Made by a program: the position numbers and the translations under genes
Origin: Balanoglossus misakiensis
Taxonomy: Eukaryota; Animalia; Hemichordata
Direction of reading: 5' to 3'
DNA length: 64,000 bases
Assembly: GCA_040954595.2 (NCBI GenBank)
Contig: CM082577.2
Span: 15,259,903 to 15,323,902, forward strand
The notes under the pieces: model-generated
Told to the model about the DNA's origin: nothing
The model's database searches: none
What the model saw: only the letters and a program-made list of their open reading frames with translations
Part shown: positions 45,071 through 55,463 of the stretch, piece after piece
How positions within the stretch are numbered: the stretch's first letter is position 1
How the letters are laid out: the number at the start of each line of letters is the position of its first letter

Positions 45071-45522
45071 AGGGACAAAGTCTCTCTCTCGCTGCCCTTT
45101 TTTCCATTAATTATGTTTGATACAAGACACTGGTTATGTTAATGTAAATGTGGATATATAGTGAATCAATGATCAACCACACAAAACTTCCATCCCACTT
45201 GTATGATATGAGAGTAAAAACTCACCCAAAATGAATAAATGGTAAAGAACGATTATTCATTTTGGCGAGTTTTTTTCACTCTCCTGACTATAAGAGGGAT
45301 GGAAGTTGTGTGAGTGAAAAAAACTCGCCAAAATGAATAATCGTTCTTTACCATTTATTCATTTTGGGTGAGTTTTTACTCTCATATCATACAAGTGGGA
45401 TGGAAGTTTTGTGTGGTTGATCATTGATTCACTATATATCCACATTTACATTAACATAACCAGTGTCTTGTATCAAATATAATTAATTGAAAAAAGGGCA
45501 GCGAGAGAGAGACTGTGTCCCT
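45071..45522. mobile_element. Fold-back MITE, TTAA TSD, AGGGAC ends (Kolobok/T2-like)
   Basis: Arms 45071-45281 and 45312-45522 are near-perfect inverses, 30-bp spacer; TTAA at 45067-70 and 45523-26. Confidence 0.85.
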
Positions 45523-45561
45523 TTAATATCTCCATCCATTGCGGAATTTTTATACCAACCG

Positions 45562-47211
45562 TTATACCGGTTTTACAAAATTTTTCTTTTCACCCGATTC
45601 AAATGGTTCTAGAAAATAACCTGTCGACATATACCCATATTTTTTGGACAAGAGGGGATCTTGATGTATCAATACATGTACATTTGTGTCGGCGTGACCC
45701 ATATATTCAATAAGGAAAAAATTGCGACGCAAATTATATTCGAGTTTCCGTAAGAAGGTTGTATTACGTGCCCATTTTGTGACAGGAGATGGTGTTTTGG
45801 CATTGGGTCTAGAACCTGATTTAAACTTGCCAACCAGACTAACAAATTGTCCCAGTTGGTTCGGTTTAAACTCGAAAAAGTATAACGTGCCTCCCATACG
45901 AAAGCAAAAACAAGTGTTACTTCGGTTCATTTCATCTATGCGACACCGTCTTTCTCTTTCGTTGGCGTATGTGCACTGTGACATTTCTATCATAGGGAAA
46001 GGATCTTCGAAGGCACATGCACATTCTTGTAAGGCCCGACATTTTGTTTCAAACATGCGATACAAATATTCTTGTACAGCCGACGTAAATTCCGGGATGG
46101 GTTGGTGATAGTCCGATCCTGACAATGTCAATATCATCAACATGTCGAGACATAGCGACGGGTGGATAAAATGTGTGTGGTGTAGGGCTGAAAAGGCAAC
46201 GCAGGCACCCTTGTTGGTTAAGTCAAGTTTGAAATCGAACGTCGGCCGTTGACTTATGAGCGTAACGTCTCCGCCACTTGAGATTAGACCCACATAAGCG
46301 TCTGTGTCGACTGACACTTGAATAATCTTCCGCGACGGAATACTACTAACTACGGAGAGCATAATATCTGCTTCTTCCGGTACGTGTGAAATTTGAGATA
46401 AGGCCGTCTCTAGTTCTTCCCACGAGCCTTCTCCACAAAGTTTTGACCACCAGTTGTTTGTCTGATACCTCTCGGCCGCATTGAACCCCTTTCTATTGCA
46501 TAATATGTATACGCGAAATGGCAATTGCAAATATGAGTTACGCAGTCTATCTGATAGCAGTTGCAGAAGACGAAGTCGAAACTCAGGCAACCGTAGCAGT
46601 CTTTGTAAACTACCTCTGAACGGAAACTTGACATCTCTGGGCGTCAACTTGTTCTTTGCCATACTTACAATTTTTTTTCTATCAGATTCGTTCGAGACGG
46701 TAGACATTTCTTTGTCTAACGCAGCCAACCACCTGTTAACATCTGTTTGTTGTGCACGCTTTTCAGCTGTCGTTTTTTTGGCGAACGGTGAGCTTCCATC
46801 AAAACACAAAACTAAATCTTGCAGGCGCATATCGCTCGCGGAATCTGCATGTTTTTCTTGCGACTGCCTTACAGTATAGGCAAAGTCAATAGTGTCCCGT
46901 AAAAAGGCTTGAACGACGTAGTCTTCCCTTTGGAGGGCCCAGACTTTGTTTTGTATATGAGAGTGTCCGTTCTCATCTCTAATTTCTTTAAGATCACCAA
47001 TGATGCTCGCATCAGTGAAACAATCGCGGTAACTTTTATACTTTTCCGTAATGAAGGTGCCACTCCTGCTCAGTGGTGTGGGAATTCTGTAGAAAGTTTG
47101 CGTGCCATCCATAACGAGAACATCCCTATTTAATATAGCTTGGACTGTATCAATGTACCCAAATGATTCTTTGTTGCATAGTTTACGCAGGAATACACTG
47201 GCGATCCCCAT
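45562..47211 (-). CDS. XPG/FEN1-superfamily nuclease (vhs/UL41- or G5R-like)
   Basis: Start MGI at 47211; LVMDG, LCFDGSSPFAK...KR, EEAD, SVDTD, LSGSDY: full acidic catalytic set. Confidence 0.85.
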   Translation of the reverse strand: MGIASVFLRKLCNKESFGYIDTVQAILNRDVLVMDGTQTFYRIPTPLSRSGTFITEKYKSYRDCFTDASIIGDLKEIRDENGHSHIQNKVWALQREDYVVQAFLRDTIDFAYTVRQSQEKHADSASDMRLQDLVLCFDGSSPFAKKTTAEKRAQQTDVNRWLAALDKEMSTVSNESDRKKIVSMAKNKLTPRDVKFPFRGSLQRLLRLPEFRLRLLQLLSDRLRNSYLQLPFRVYILCNRKGFNAAERYQTNNWWSKLCGEGSWEELETALSQISHVPEEADIMLSVVSSIPSRKIIQVSVDTDAYVGLISSGGDVTLISQRPTFDFKLDLTNKGACVAFSALHHTHFIHPSLCLDMLMILTLSGSDYHQPIPEFTSAVQEYLYRMFETKCRALQECACAFEDPFPMIEMSQCTYANERERRCRIDEMNRSNTCFCFRMGGTLYFFEFKPNQLGQFVSLVGKFKSGSRPNAKTPSPVTKWARNTTFLRKLEYNLRRNFFLIEYMGHADTNVHVLIHQDPLLSKKYGYMSTGYFLEPFESGEKKNFVKPV

Positions 47212-47509
47212 CTTCTCCACAGATAAATGGTGCAAAATATATGTACGGAGTTACCTTTATATAATGTTCACTGACCAGTATAACCTTGTACGACATTTCA
47301 CGTTGGTATCACCAGGCGTATGTATATGCAAAGATTCCTTCTTTAATACGCGTTTTCGTTGACGTTGGGATGGTCGGATGATAGGTGTCATGGTTGTCTT
47401 GGCTCTATTGCTGGAAATATGCTTGGATTCATCCAAGCAAGGGAACTCACCATGCTCGTATGTGTCCATCGTAAGACACTTGTGGTAATGTGAAACATTC
47501 ATAGTAACT

Positions 47510-47714
47510 TTTGCCCATAATATTATCCCAAATTCTGACGTCACATATTGTACATGCAACGAGCACAGTTAAGGCCGTCAACAAAGTCTGTCATGACTGT
47601 TTGCCCACAACATTAGCCCAAATTCTGAGGTCACATATTGTACATGCAACGAGCAAAGGTAAGGCCGTCAACAAAGTCTGTCATGACTGTTTGCCCACGA
47701 GTAAGGCCGTCAAG
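47510..47714. repeat. Tandem repeat, ~2.2 x 90 bp
   Basis: CCCAAATTCTGA at 47527 and 47617. Confidence 0.85.
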
Positions 47715-47899
47715 TAAGCTTGTAAAACCGTGTCGAATTATGGAGTCCTGTATCTCATACTTGTAATCGTTGAACGCACAAGTAAGGCCATGTCGTGAGT
47801 TGTTTTATATGCTCGTCGTGTAATCTCGCATATAAAATAGACATTGGACGCCAAAACAGCTCCACTTTTCCATTTAGACGATCCACGAAGGTGTTTAGG

Positions 47900-48556
47900 A
47901 TGACTACCACCGGTGTATACATTAATGGACACGGCGGGTCTATTCAAATCGGTAATGGCAATTTCATGGTAGTTAACGAAACCAAGCGTAAACGAAAGAC
48001 TTGCATTGTCGTATGCGGCATGTTCAGCGTAGACGAATTGAATGCAGCTTCTTACAGGTGTGGCGCAGACTCTATATTTGTCGACGTAGGACCTTTGCAG
48101 ATAGCCGGACACGACGGACTGGACGGACCAGACTTTTGTATATCGCAGTCCAGAATTTTAACAACGGTGGCGGACAAATTACGACAGTCTACCTCTCGTG
48201 TCGTTTTGACAAACATGTGTCCTGAAATAAGTCGGCACGTCTTCGCCATGCACGAGATCGCAAGAGGCAACACTTCTATGGGTAGATACAATGATGTAAC
48301 AGACTCTGCGAGGTTGTCATTTGCATGGGCTTTAAAACGGTTTTCTAGAATTGTGTACCTCGTCATGCCAAATTACGACAAGCAGAGATTCAGACGGTCT
48401 GTACGGACTATGACCCAAACTAAAGAAGAGTTCTATTGCGCACAATACCGACAAGGCCTACTAGACCAGTTACCACGAGAACCGGGTGTAGAAGTAGTCA
48501 CCGAACAAGATACAGATGTAGCACAGATAGCCCACAGAATCGTGTCTGATTCCTAA
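47900..48556 (+). CDS. Hypothetical protein, possibly a degenerate nucleoside/nucleotide kinase fold
   Basis: ATG 47900 in ORF 47795..48556, TATAAA at 47831; IVVCG followed by no GK[ST]; RIVYL...RFRR lid-like segment. Confidence 0.5.
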   Translation: MTTTGVYINGHGGSIQIGNGNFMVVNETKRKRKTCIVVCGMFSVDELNAASYRCGADSIFVDVGPLQIAGHDGLDGPDFCISQSRILTTVADKLRQSTSRVVLTNMCPEISRHVFAMHEIARGNTSMGRYNDVTDSARLSFAWALKRFSRIVYLVMPNYDKQRFRRSVRTMTQTKEEFYCAQYRQGLLDQLPREPGVEVVTEQDTDVAQIAHRIVSDS

Positions 48557-49829
48557 AATAATGGTTTTTGTTGTTGGAGAAGATCGTTTGCGAAATAATT
48601 GTAATACACTATTGTTGTAATAAAGTTGGGCGGTAACGTATCCACACTTTGTAGATATTGTGGTATGGCCTGTTGATTTGTGAATAGTTCGAGGGAAGAG
48701 TCAACCTTTTATTTAATTTGTCCATGAGACATTTCAAGGCAGCTGCAGGGGAAAAATTGTTGTTTCTATGAAATTGGTTGCGACGCAATTAAGTGGCCCG
48801 TGGAAAACAAGAGACGACGCAAGTTAAATTGTGCACGGTTAATGTTATACTGTTCCATATTCATCACCATGGTTGGTTTACATTTACCCATGCAAAAATG
48901 CTATGCATTCACAACAGAGAACATGATTCAAGACAATCATGGGCTGAACAAATTCGGCATAAATGTATTTTGTTTCAAGCTTGCGGAGTCATTCTGCTAT
49001 AAAATGATCTATGCATGCATACTGTAAATATCATGGCACATTCAGTTGATTCAAATCCAAAGTTGAAAACTGACAAGACATTAATACTTCCCCACTCAAT
49101 AATGCAATTTAGCAGAAATGGTTGACAAGAAAGCTGAGTTTATTAGAGCAAAATGAACAAACTCCATAAGTCATTCTACCATAAAATGTTCAATACATGC
49201 ACACCTTAATACGGCCAAGAAATTAAATATTTCATTCATTAATTTTTTTCTCTGGAATTGTCCCCGAGGCACTTCTTCACTCTAAAACACCAACTTGTTT
49301 AATTTCATAATTTGATTAAAGCCTATAAACATATCTCCCAAGATCACACACTGTCAGACAAAGTTGTGAACTTTTTCACAGTACTGTTGTTAAATTTGCT
49401 TGCCTGTTGTTCTGTCGGATGGTCAGTTTTACATTTCAACTCCTATGTTTATGGCCGGATTTGTACACAGATGGGACAGTTGAGCCAAAGAAACACAAAT
49501 GTAGCCACAGTACATATTGAAAGACAGCAACTTTGTCCCTGTAATGACTTTCTACTCATGATGTTTACCTCTAGCAAGATGATAAGTCAACAGCGTGGCA
49601 ACGGACACATAAAGACTTTGATGAAGATGAAGACCTGCGCTCATCTTCGTTATCATACGTATTCTGCATCTACGAGAACCGTGACGATGTAGTCGCGTTT
49701 TCCTTTTCACTTGGACAACTTCTGTCTTCAAGGGAATCAATTATATTATCGCTGTTCTATGTGTTGCCCACATCACTCAATGCGTGAATCAGGCTATAGT
49801 CTATCATATTGTTATTCTCGTGGTTGTTT

Positions 49830-51048
49830 TCATAGGGGGGATGGATAGGCAGTTGATGTAACTGGCGATATGGGGTTTTCTTCAATTGGGTATCCATACA
49901 TGGCAAGCACAGTATTGTACGTACTTTCCAAGCCCTGGAAAATCAATAAACAATTTAAATATTATTTCGATAAATAATGACGCTGGATCTTGTTTTGTTT
50001 AAGTAACGTATGAAGAAGCGATGTACTTGCATCTCGACTTTTTGCTATAAATGAAAAACAAGATGTATCCACTTGGAAGAAGCTGTCAAGCAATGTGTGA
50101 TGATTGCATTTTTCCTAACTACCATGGATGCCATAGAGGGCGCTATTAGGGGTCAGCTTCAAAACTACGGGGTTCTTAACAAAACCCCGACTGTTAACAA
50201 GTAGGTATACGTTGATTTGTCCCTCCATGTAGCCCAAGTAAACTGTGTACATGATGATTGTGCCCTTACCTGTGGCAATGCAGTACTGTCATTGATTATT
50301 CCGTTCTTTGTTAAACCATGAATGCCATCGCCGTCTTCATCTAGACGACTTAGTCTGACTCCATCTTAGAAGAAGAGAAAGACATTCATTGATTCACCTT
50401 GATTGCAATTCTGTCCAGATTTAATAAATGCAGATACAAATCAACTTGTCATTAGCTGTAAGTGCAAATAACAAACAAAACACCAGCTACTGCCGACAAC
50501 TTACCAGGGTTCTCTTTGCCCACGATGCCTTTGACATGCTTGGGAATCTTGATTTCCATCTTCCCGGCTGTTTGGTACCGACATTTCTTCATATGTACCC
50601 GGAGCGATGATTTACGCTTGTATCCCATCCCGCACCATTGACAGACATGTCTCCTTTCTTCCGTGTGTGTCACCATATGTTCTAGGAGCGCGTATCTACG
50701 CCTCGCTTCATACGGACACACACTGCATTTATAGGGTTTCTCGTCGCTGTGGGTTGTCAGGTGTCTTTTCAGATTGCCTTTCAGTGCTGAGGCAAAGCCA
50801 CAGATGTCACAAGTGTATGGCCTGTCATCTGAAGAAGCAAACAAACCAAAGTCCAATTATTCAAGCCTCAAAAAGTGCCATGCATATCCATATGCTGGGA
50901 ACAAATTTCGCCAATGTAAATACCAAGAATGCATATGCCAGACATGTAATCTATTTTTGTCCCCTTTCAACTAATTAGTCCTACTGTAATATGGACAATG
51001 AGTCCGAAATACAGTTTATAATAATAATAATAATACTAATACTAATAC

Positions 51049-51102
<54 letters not shown>

Positions 51103-51183
51103 GCATACTAAAATTGTACGGGTAAAATTATCATTTTTCATCACGGAACTGAACAGATTATGTTTACCTCTAGTCGGTCTCAT
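49830..51183 (-). CDS. Spliced C2H2 zinc-finger protein (predicted exons 51183-51168, 50828-50505, 50364-50270, 49934-49830; 179 aa)
   Basis: Three C2H2/C2HC fingers with SDEKPY/TEERRH linkers; all GT-AG junctions phase-compatible (540 nt). Finger exon well supported, last exon tentative. Confidence 0.55.
51018..51100. repeat. (AAT)n microsatellite in the zinc-finger gene intron
   Basis: Direct reading. Confidence 0.9.
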
Positions 51184-51684
51184 CTTCGAATGGGTCGTCT
51201 ATCTATGTTCGCTGGGCCGGGAGACGTTTGACGTGTGTCGGTGGTGTCAGAGTTGGGCAGAATGTCACGCCCTATGCGACGACCGTAGCCGAAGTGGTGG
51301 CGTAACGACCTCTCCAGGCCTGATAATAGGTGGATATGTGGCATGTCAGCGAGTGTTGACGGTTCTTATTCGCGTGGGACATCGTACGGGTGTTTTAAAT
51401 TCCCATCGACCAATTAGAAAGCGCGGGCGGGGTGCGCCGAAGCTCTGTCCATAGCAAAATGGAGGTGAATAGTTTGCTGGTTACAGTGTGGTCAAAGGCT
51501 TAGGCACGAAAGACGCAATAATTTTATAGTGATCCCCCCCCCCCCCCTCACCCGGTTCATTTTGACATAGTCTTGTTTACAAAACCCGTGGAGTGTAGGG
51601 CACTGCCTTTATTTACAAACATACGTAGATATATAGTGAATTCATGGTACAGACAAATTAAACAGAAATTGATTTAGTCTTCAT

Positions 51685-52344
51685 TTATTCTCTAGATGAC
51701 CGATAACTATTACCACTTGTCACCCGAAAAACCTTGGGCATAACAGTTTTCATAACTTCGTCGGACCAGTAAACAGTGTTGTTATTTTGAAACTGGAACA
51801 CATAATGTAACTGTTTATTCATTACATATTCGATGCTGGTGCTGACGAGGCGACAAGTAACGTGTTTATATCCCATCCTATTCTGACATTTTCTACAGGT
51901 GTCTTCGAAAGAATCTGGTCCATTTAAAAAACACCAGTCACTATTCATTCGTTCTTCTTTGCCTCGCTGGAATACTTCGAGTTGTGTGTGCATTCTAAAA
52001 GGGTAACCTCTGTTCAAAACTATGACCCTACTTCGTGGCCATGTATGAGCGATTTCATTGTCCGCAAATTCTCCTGTAACATTGTGATTCCTAATTGTAT
52101 ATGCCCCGGATCTGGCGTGCACCGTGATTCGGTCAGGCGCTGAACAATCGCGGCGAACGATTATGCCTGGCCAAGTTTTATACAAACTGGTTGGTGTCGC
52201 AAGATTAAAGTCAGACCGTTTTAAGTTTGGGGAGTCTTGAAATCTTAAACAATAACTGGCAGCCTGATCGATGCCAGCACATTCAGGTATAGTCGCAGAA
52301 ATAATACACACGGCGATACATAGGAGGTGTGAAATGCCCTGCAT
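51685..52344 (-). CDS. Secreted, catalytically dead paralog of the 39516 metalloprotease
   Basis: Shares SYCL.F, LY..WPG, CS.P.RIT.H.R, IAH.W, IVLNR, DWCF; the zinc motif position reads NKQLHYVF. Confidence 0.8.
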   Translation of the reverse strand: MQGISHLLCIAVCIISATIPECAGIDQAASYCLRFQDSPNLKRSDFNLATPTSLYKTWPGIIVRRDCSAPDRITVHARSGAYTIRNHNVTGEFADNEIAHTWPRSRVIVLNRGYPFRMHTQLEVFQRGKEERMNSDWCFLNGPDSFEDTCRKCQNRMGYKHVTCRLVSTSIEYVMNKQLHYVFQFQNNNTVYWSDEVMKTVMPKVFRVTSGNSYRSSRE

Positions 52345-52378
52345 GATTTCGGTTTGGTATCAAGTCAAAGCAATGTCA

Positions 52379-55363
52379 TTAATAAGCGTTTATATGACCA
52401 GGGGGGTTTGGAAGTGAAACGTCTACCCATATCTGACTCAACCATTTCGTCATAGGATCTTTCCCTTCGCCAAAAGCGTCTTCAATTCGAGGACAGAAAT
52501 GAAACATTTCCAAATGTCCAACGCCTGATACATTTTTGTCGGAGTGGTCGTTTTCAGACAAATATTTGTAAATGATTTGCGAAGGCACATATACATGTGT
52601 CGTCTTCTTTGCTACAACTCGCAAACAAGAGTGTTCGTCGTCCGGACTATTTGTTAAAAAACTACTTGTATATGCGGGTGTTGCTTGAATCCGCGGCGTG
52701 TTTGTATAGTGTATGAATGGTTTCGAGTGAGACGTATCTCTCAAAAACCAATCGGAAAGCATGTTTTTGCCAGGAGAACTTTGCAAGTAAGACTCCAATG
52801 GAAGTGTACCCAATATAGGCGAACCCCATAGTTTTGTCACCGCCCTTACACAATATACATAGCACTTGGTGTGAGGATGGTCGTGATTCCATTTATAGGG
52901 TTCGTATATGAATTCCGACGTTAGATCAGTGTCAGTTTGTTGTGAAACCGTGGGAGTAGTTCGGCTTGTGATATTACATTTATCAATAATCCACTGTATC
53001 GCTTCTGGACGTTTGACGTCGCAAGATATCACGCCGGCTGGAATTCTATTTATCGTGTCAAGTATTGTACAGTAACTTCCACTCTTTATCACGGCAGGAT
53101 CGATTGAACATTCTGAAGCTATTATGCTCATGTGCGATTCTCTATGATGTTTTGCTACCGACAATGAGTGCAAAACAAGGCGTTGAAAAGCCTTCCATGC
53201 AGGAACCAACATTTTATACTGGAGACTCTGGTGTCGTTCCACAGATCCCAATAAAGAATGTCGACAAAATGTCATATTATTGTAATCAAACCCTTCCGCA
53301 AAAAATAAATCACGTATTATAACTTTGGAGGCATTCAACATTATCGACATAAATTGACCATTTCGGTTTGGAAGGCAGTATGCGTATGTCAGAGTGGGAA
53401 ATAGATTGACATATTGTCTGTATACATCTTGAATAACCTCACTATCATCTCGTATACATCGTAAAGCATTTGAAGTGACAATTTGTGCACATTTCTTAGG
53501 TTGAAGACCAATTTCTATACACCACCATTTTGGGTATTTGTCAAGTACAGTACTTAGATATCGTAAGAAATTCACTTGGGACAGTGTTAATCGATTACGA
53601 GCGTAAGATTCAAATAATTTTAACACGCGTGTCCACGTGGCCTCTGGAATGCCCGGCGGCGAATGACTGGGGGGATTTAACATCAAATTCCGTTCCAAAA
53701 TATCCAATGCATTAATATAGTTCACCTCGTAGAAATCTCCACACTCCCAACGTTCTAGGCATTGAACAAATGTGTCAAATACTGGTAACCATACGTGAAC
53801 AAAAACACTCGTATCCAATGTTTCAGTGGGTGGGTGACTTTGATGTAATATTAACAATTTCTCAAACAACCTTTTAACGATAAATACTAAACCAATCCGA
53901 CTGCTACTTATGCACGAAGCAATGTCCAATGTGGCGAAATAGTTAGTAGGTGTGCACGAAAACGTGTCCACCCAATGCATTCTTATGCTATTTGCCAGGT
54001 CCACGTGTGAATCCGCCCATGTCTTTAGGAAGTTGTCGAATTTTTGTTCTGAAATAAATGTCTCTACCTGCGTTGCAACTGGTCCGTCTGCTAACGCAAA
54101 CGCGGCTAATTGAACAGTTGATAAAATATTGTCTTGCGTGCGGGATCCTGCAATGTTATGGAGAAAAAATGCCCACAGATAAGCGAATCCCAATTCAATG
54201 AGATTTCGTTCTCTAAGTCTGGATGCCGCTAGATTAATTTCGGTTGTTAAGCTATGCATATTTTCATCCGACAGTGTTTGTAATAAAAAATCTGGCAAGC
54301 TTGCGATCGAATTTTTTGGACTTGTCAGGCCCCACGCGTGTATGGCTTTAGACACATCCGCGTGTAGTCCAAGGGATGAACCTGTACGTGCTATTATCTC
54401 GCTGAAGTCAATATTAGTACTTGTAATATCTAAAAATCTGTCCAATAAAGACTGTGTTTTACGAAAAACATCTAGTAAGCCCAACATAGACGACTTGGAG
54501 GTCTCGTGGACACATGCAACCATGTCTTGAACTTGATTTCTCGCGTAACAAACTTTCCAACCTACCGGTGTAAAGCACTTGCCTAACAACGAATTAAAAC
54601 CGCCTAACGTCGTCTGCCTTGCTGACACGCGTTCAATTTTTTTTAACTGTTGACCACGACAACGTGCAATGTCGGTTAATCGTTGTCGCATAATCTTTTC
54701 CAGTTTATCATCTGTAAACTTTCCTTCGCCGCATAATGGAAGACGTCGAATACACGGCCTCTCTTTTTTCATGGGTACTGGGCCGTGTAGAGCCTTTTTA
54801 ATTTCACCTCGTTCACCCGGGCCCTTTAATTTGAAGCAATTCCCCGTAGAATTTCTTATACCACTCGGCTCTGATTCGTGCTTACACGTCTTCGAACAGA
54901 CGCTGTTACCGCCTGAAAAGTGACTAACTACCAACCCATTCGAAAGTCTGCATGTGCGTCTACGCAATTCGTCTTTTGACAGACACAGTGGGGAAGGAAA
55001 TATTGGATAATTACGTCCAATACGTTGAGTAGTCTGAAGAATCATGGACAATAAAGCTGGGTCCTCAAGTCCCGAACGCCCTGTAATATTCGCGATTTGA
55101 GTTCTCGATAAATCCCCGCATTTGGGAAAATCACGTCGGGAAGTTACCACCACACAGGTTCCATCTTTTGAGACAACGCGAACTGCACCAGCATAAATTA
55201 ACGGGTGCGTTAGTGCGAGTGTTACGGGCTGTTTCCAACCTAGACCATAATTTTCCACCAATAATTCGTAGTCAATTTCACTTGTGCGTGTTACGACCGG
55301 TCCCGATAAAATAGCCGAGTATGGGCCATCATTCATACGATTCAGCTCGAAAAGATATAGCAT
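52379..55363 (-). CDS. Large hypothetical protein (994 aa)
   Basis: Uninterrupted ORF in a densely packed viral block; no motif recognised. Confidence 0.75.
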   Translation of the reverse strand: MLYLFELNRMNDGPYSAILSGPVVTRTSEIDYELLVENYGLGWKQPVTLALTHPLIYAGAVRVVSKDGTCVVVTSRRDFPKCGDLSRTQIANITGRSGLEDPALLSMILQTTQRIGRNYPIFPSPLCLSKDELRRRTCRLSNGLVVSHFSGGNSVCSKTCKHESEPSGIRNSTGNCFKLKGPGERGEIKKALHGPVPMKKERPCIRRLPLCGEGKFTDDKLEKIMRQRLTDIARCRGQQLKKIERVSARQTTLGGFNSLLGKCFTPVGWKVCYARNQVQDMVACVHETSKSSMLGLLDVFRKTQSLLDRFLDITSTNIDFSEIIARTGSSLGLHADVSKAIHAWGLTSPKNSIASLPDFLLQTLSDENMHSLTTEINLAASRLRERNLIELGFAYLWAFFLHNIAGSRTQDNILSTVQLAAFALADGPVATQVETFISEQKFDNFLKTWADSHVDLANSIRMHWVDTFSCTPTNYFATLDIASCISSSRIGLVFIVKRLFEKLLILHQSHPPTETLDTSVFVHVWLPVFDTFVQCLERWECGDFYEVNYINALDILERNLMLNPPSHSPPGIPEATWTRVLKLFESYARNRLTLSQVNFLRYLSTVLDKYPKWWCIEIGLQPKKCAQIVTSNALRCIRDDSEVIQDVYRQYVNLFPTLTYAYCLPNRNGQFMSIMLNASKVIIRDLFFAEGFDYNNMTFCRHSLLGSVERHQSLQYKMLVPAWKAFQRLVLHSLSVAKHHRESHMSIIASECSIDPAVIKSGSYCTILDTINRIPAGVISCDVKRPEAIQWIIDKCNITSRTTPTVSQQTDTDLTSEFIYEPYKWNHDHPHTKCYVYCVRAVTKLWGSPILGTLPLESYLQSSPGKNMLSDWFLRDTSHSKPFIHYTNTPRIQATPAYTSSFLTNSPDDEHSCLRVVAKKTTHVYVPSQIIYKYLSENDHSDKNVSGVGHLEMFHFCPRIEDAFGEGKDPMTKWLSQIWVDVSLPNPPGHINAY

Positions 55364-55463
55364 CGCATGACAATAATTTATCTATTTAAAGTCGCTAATG
55401 TACGTATATACGTGGGCATAGAGCGGGGGGAGAGAGGGGGAGAGAGTGAGAAAGAGAGACAAA

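Noticed and set aside
47257-47559. Small ORF with a possible cyclin-binding RxL motif (CRTRLYW)
   Set aside because: The motif is too short to support a call and the 5' end runs into a tandem repeat.
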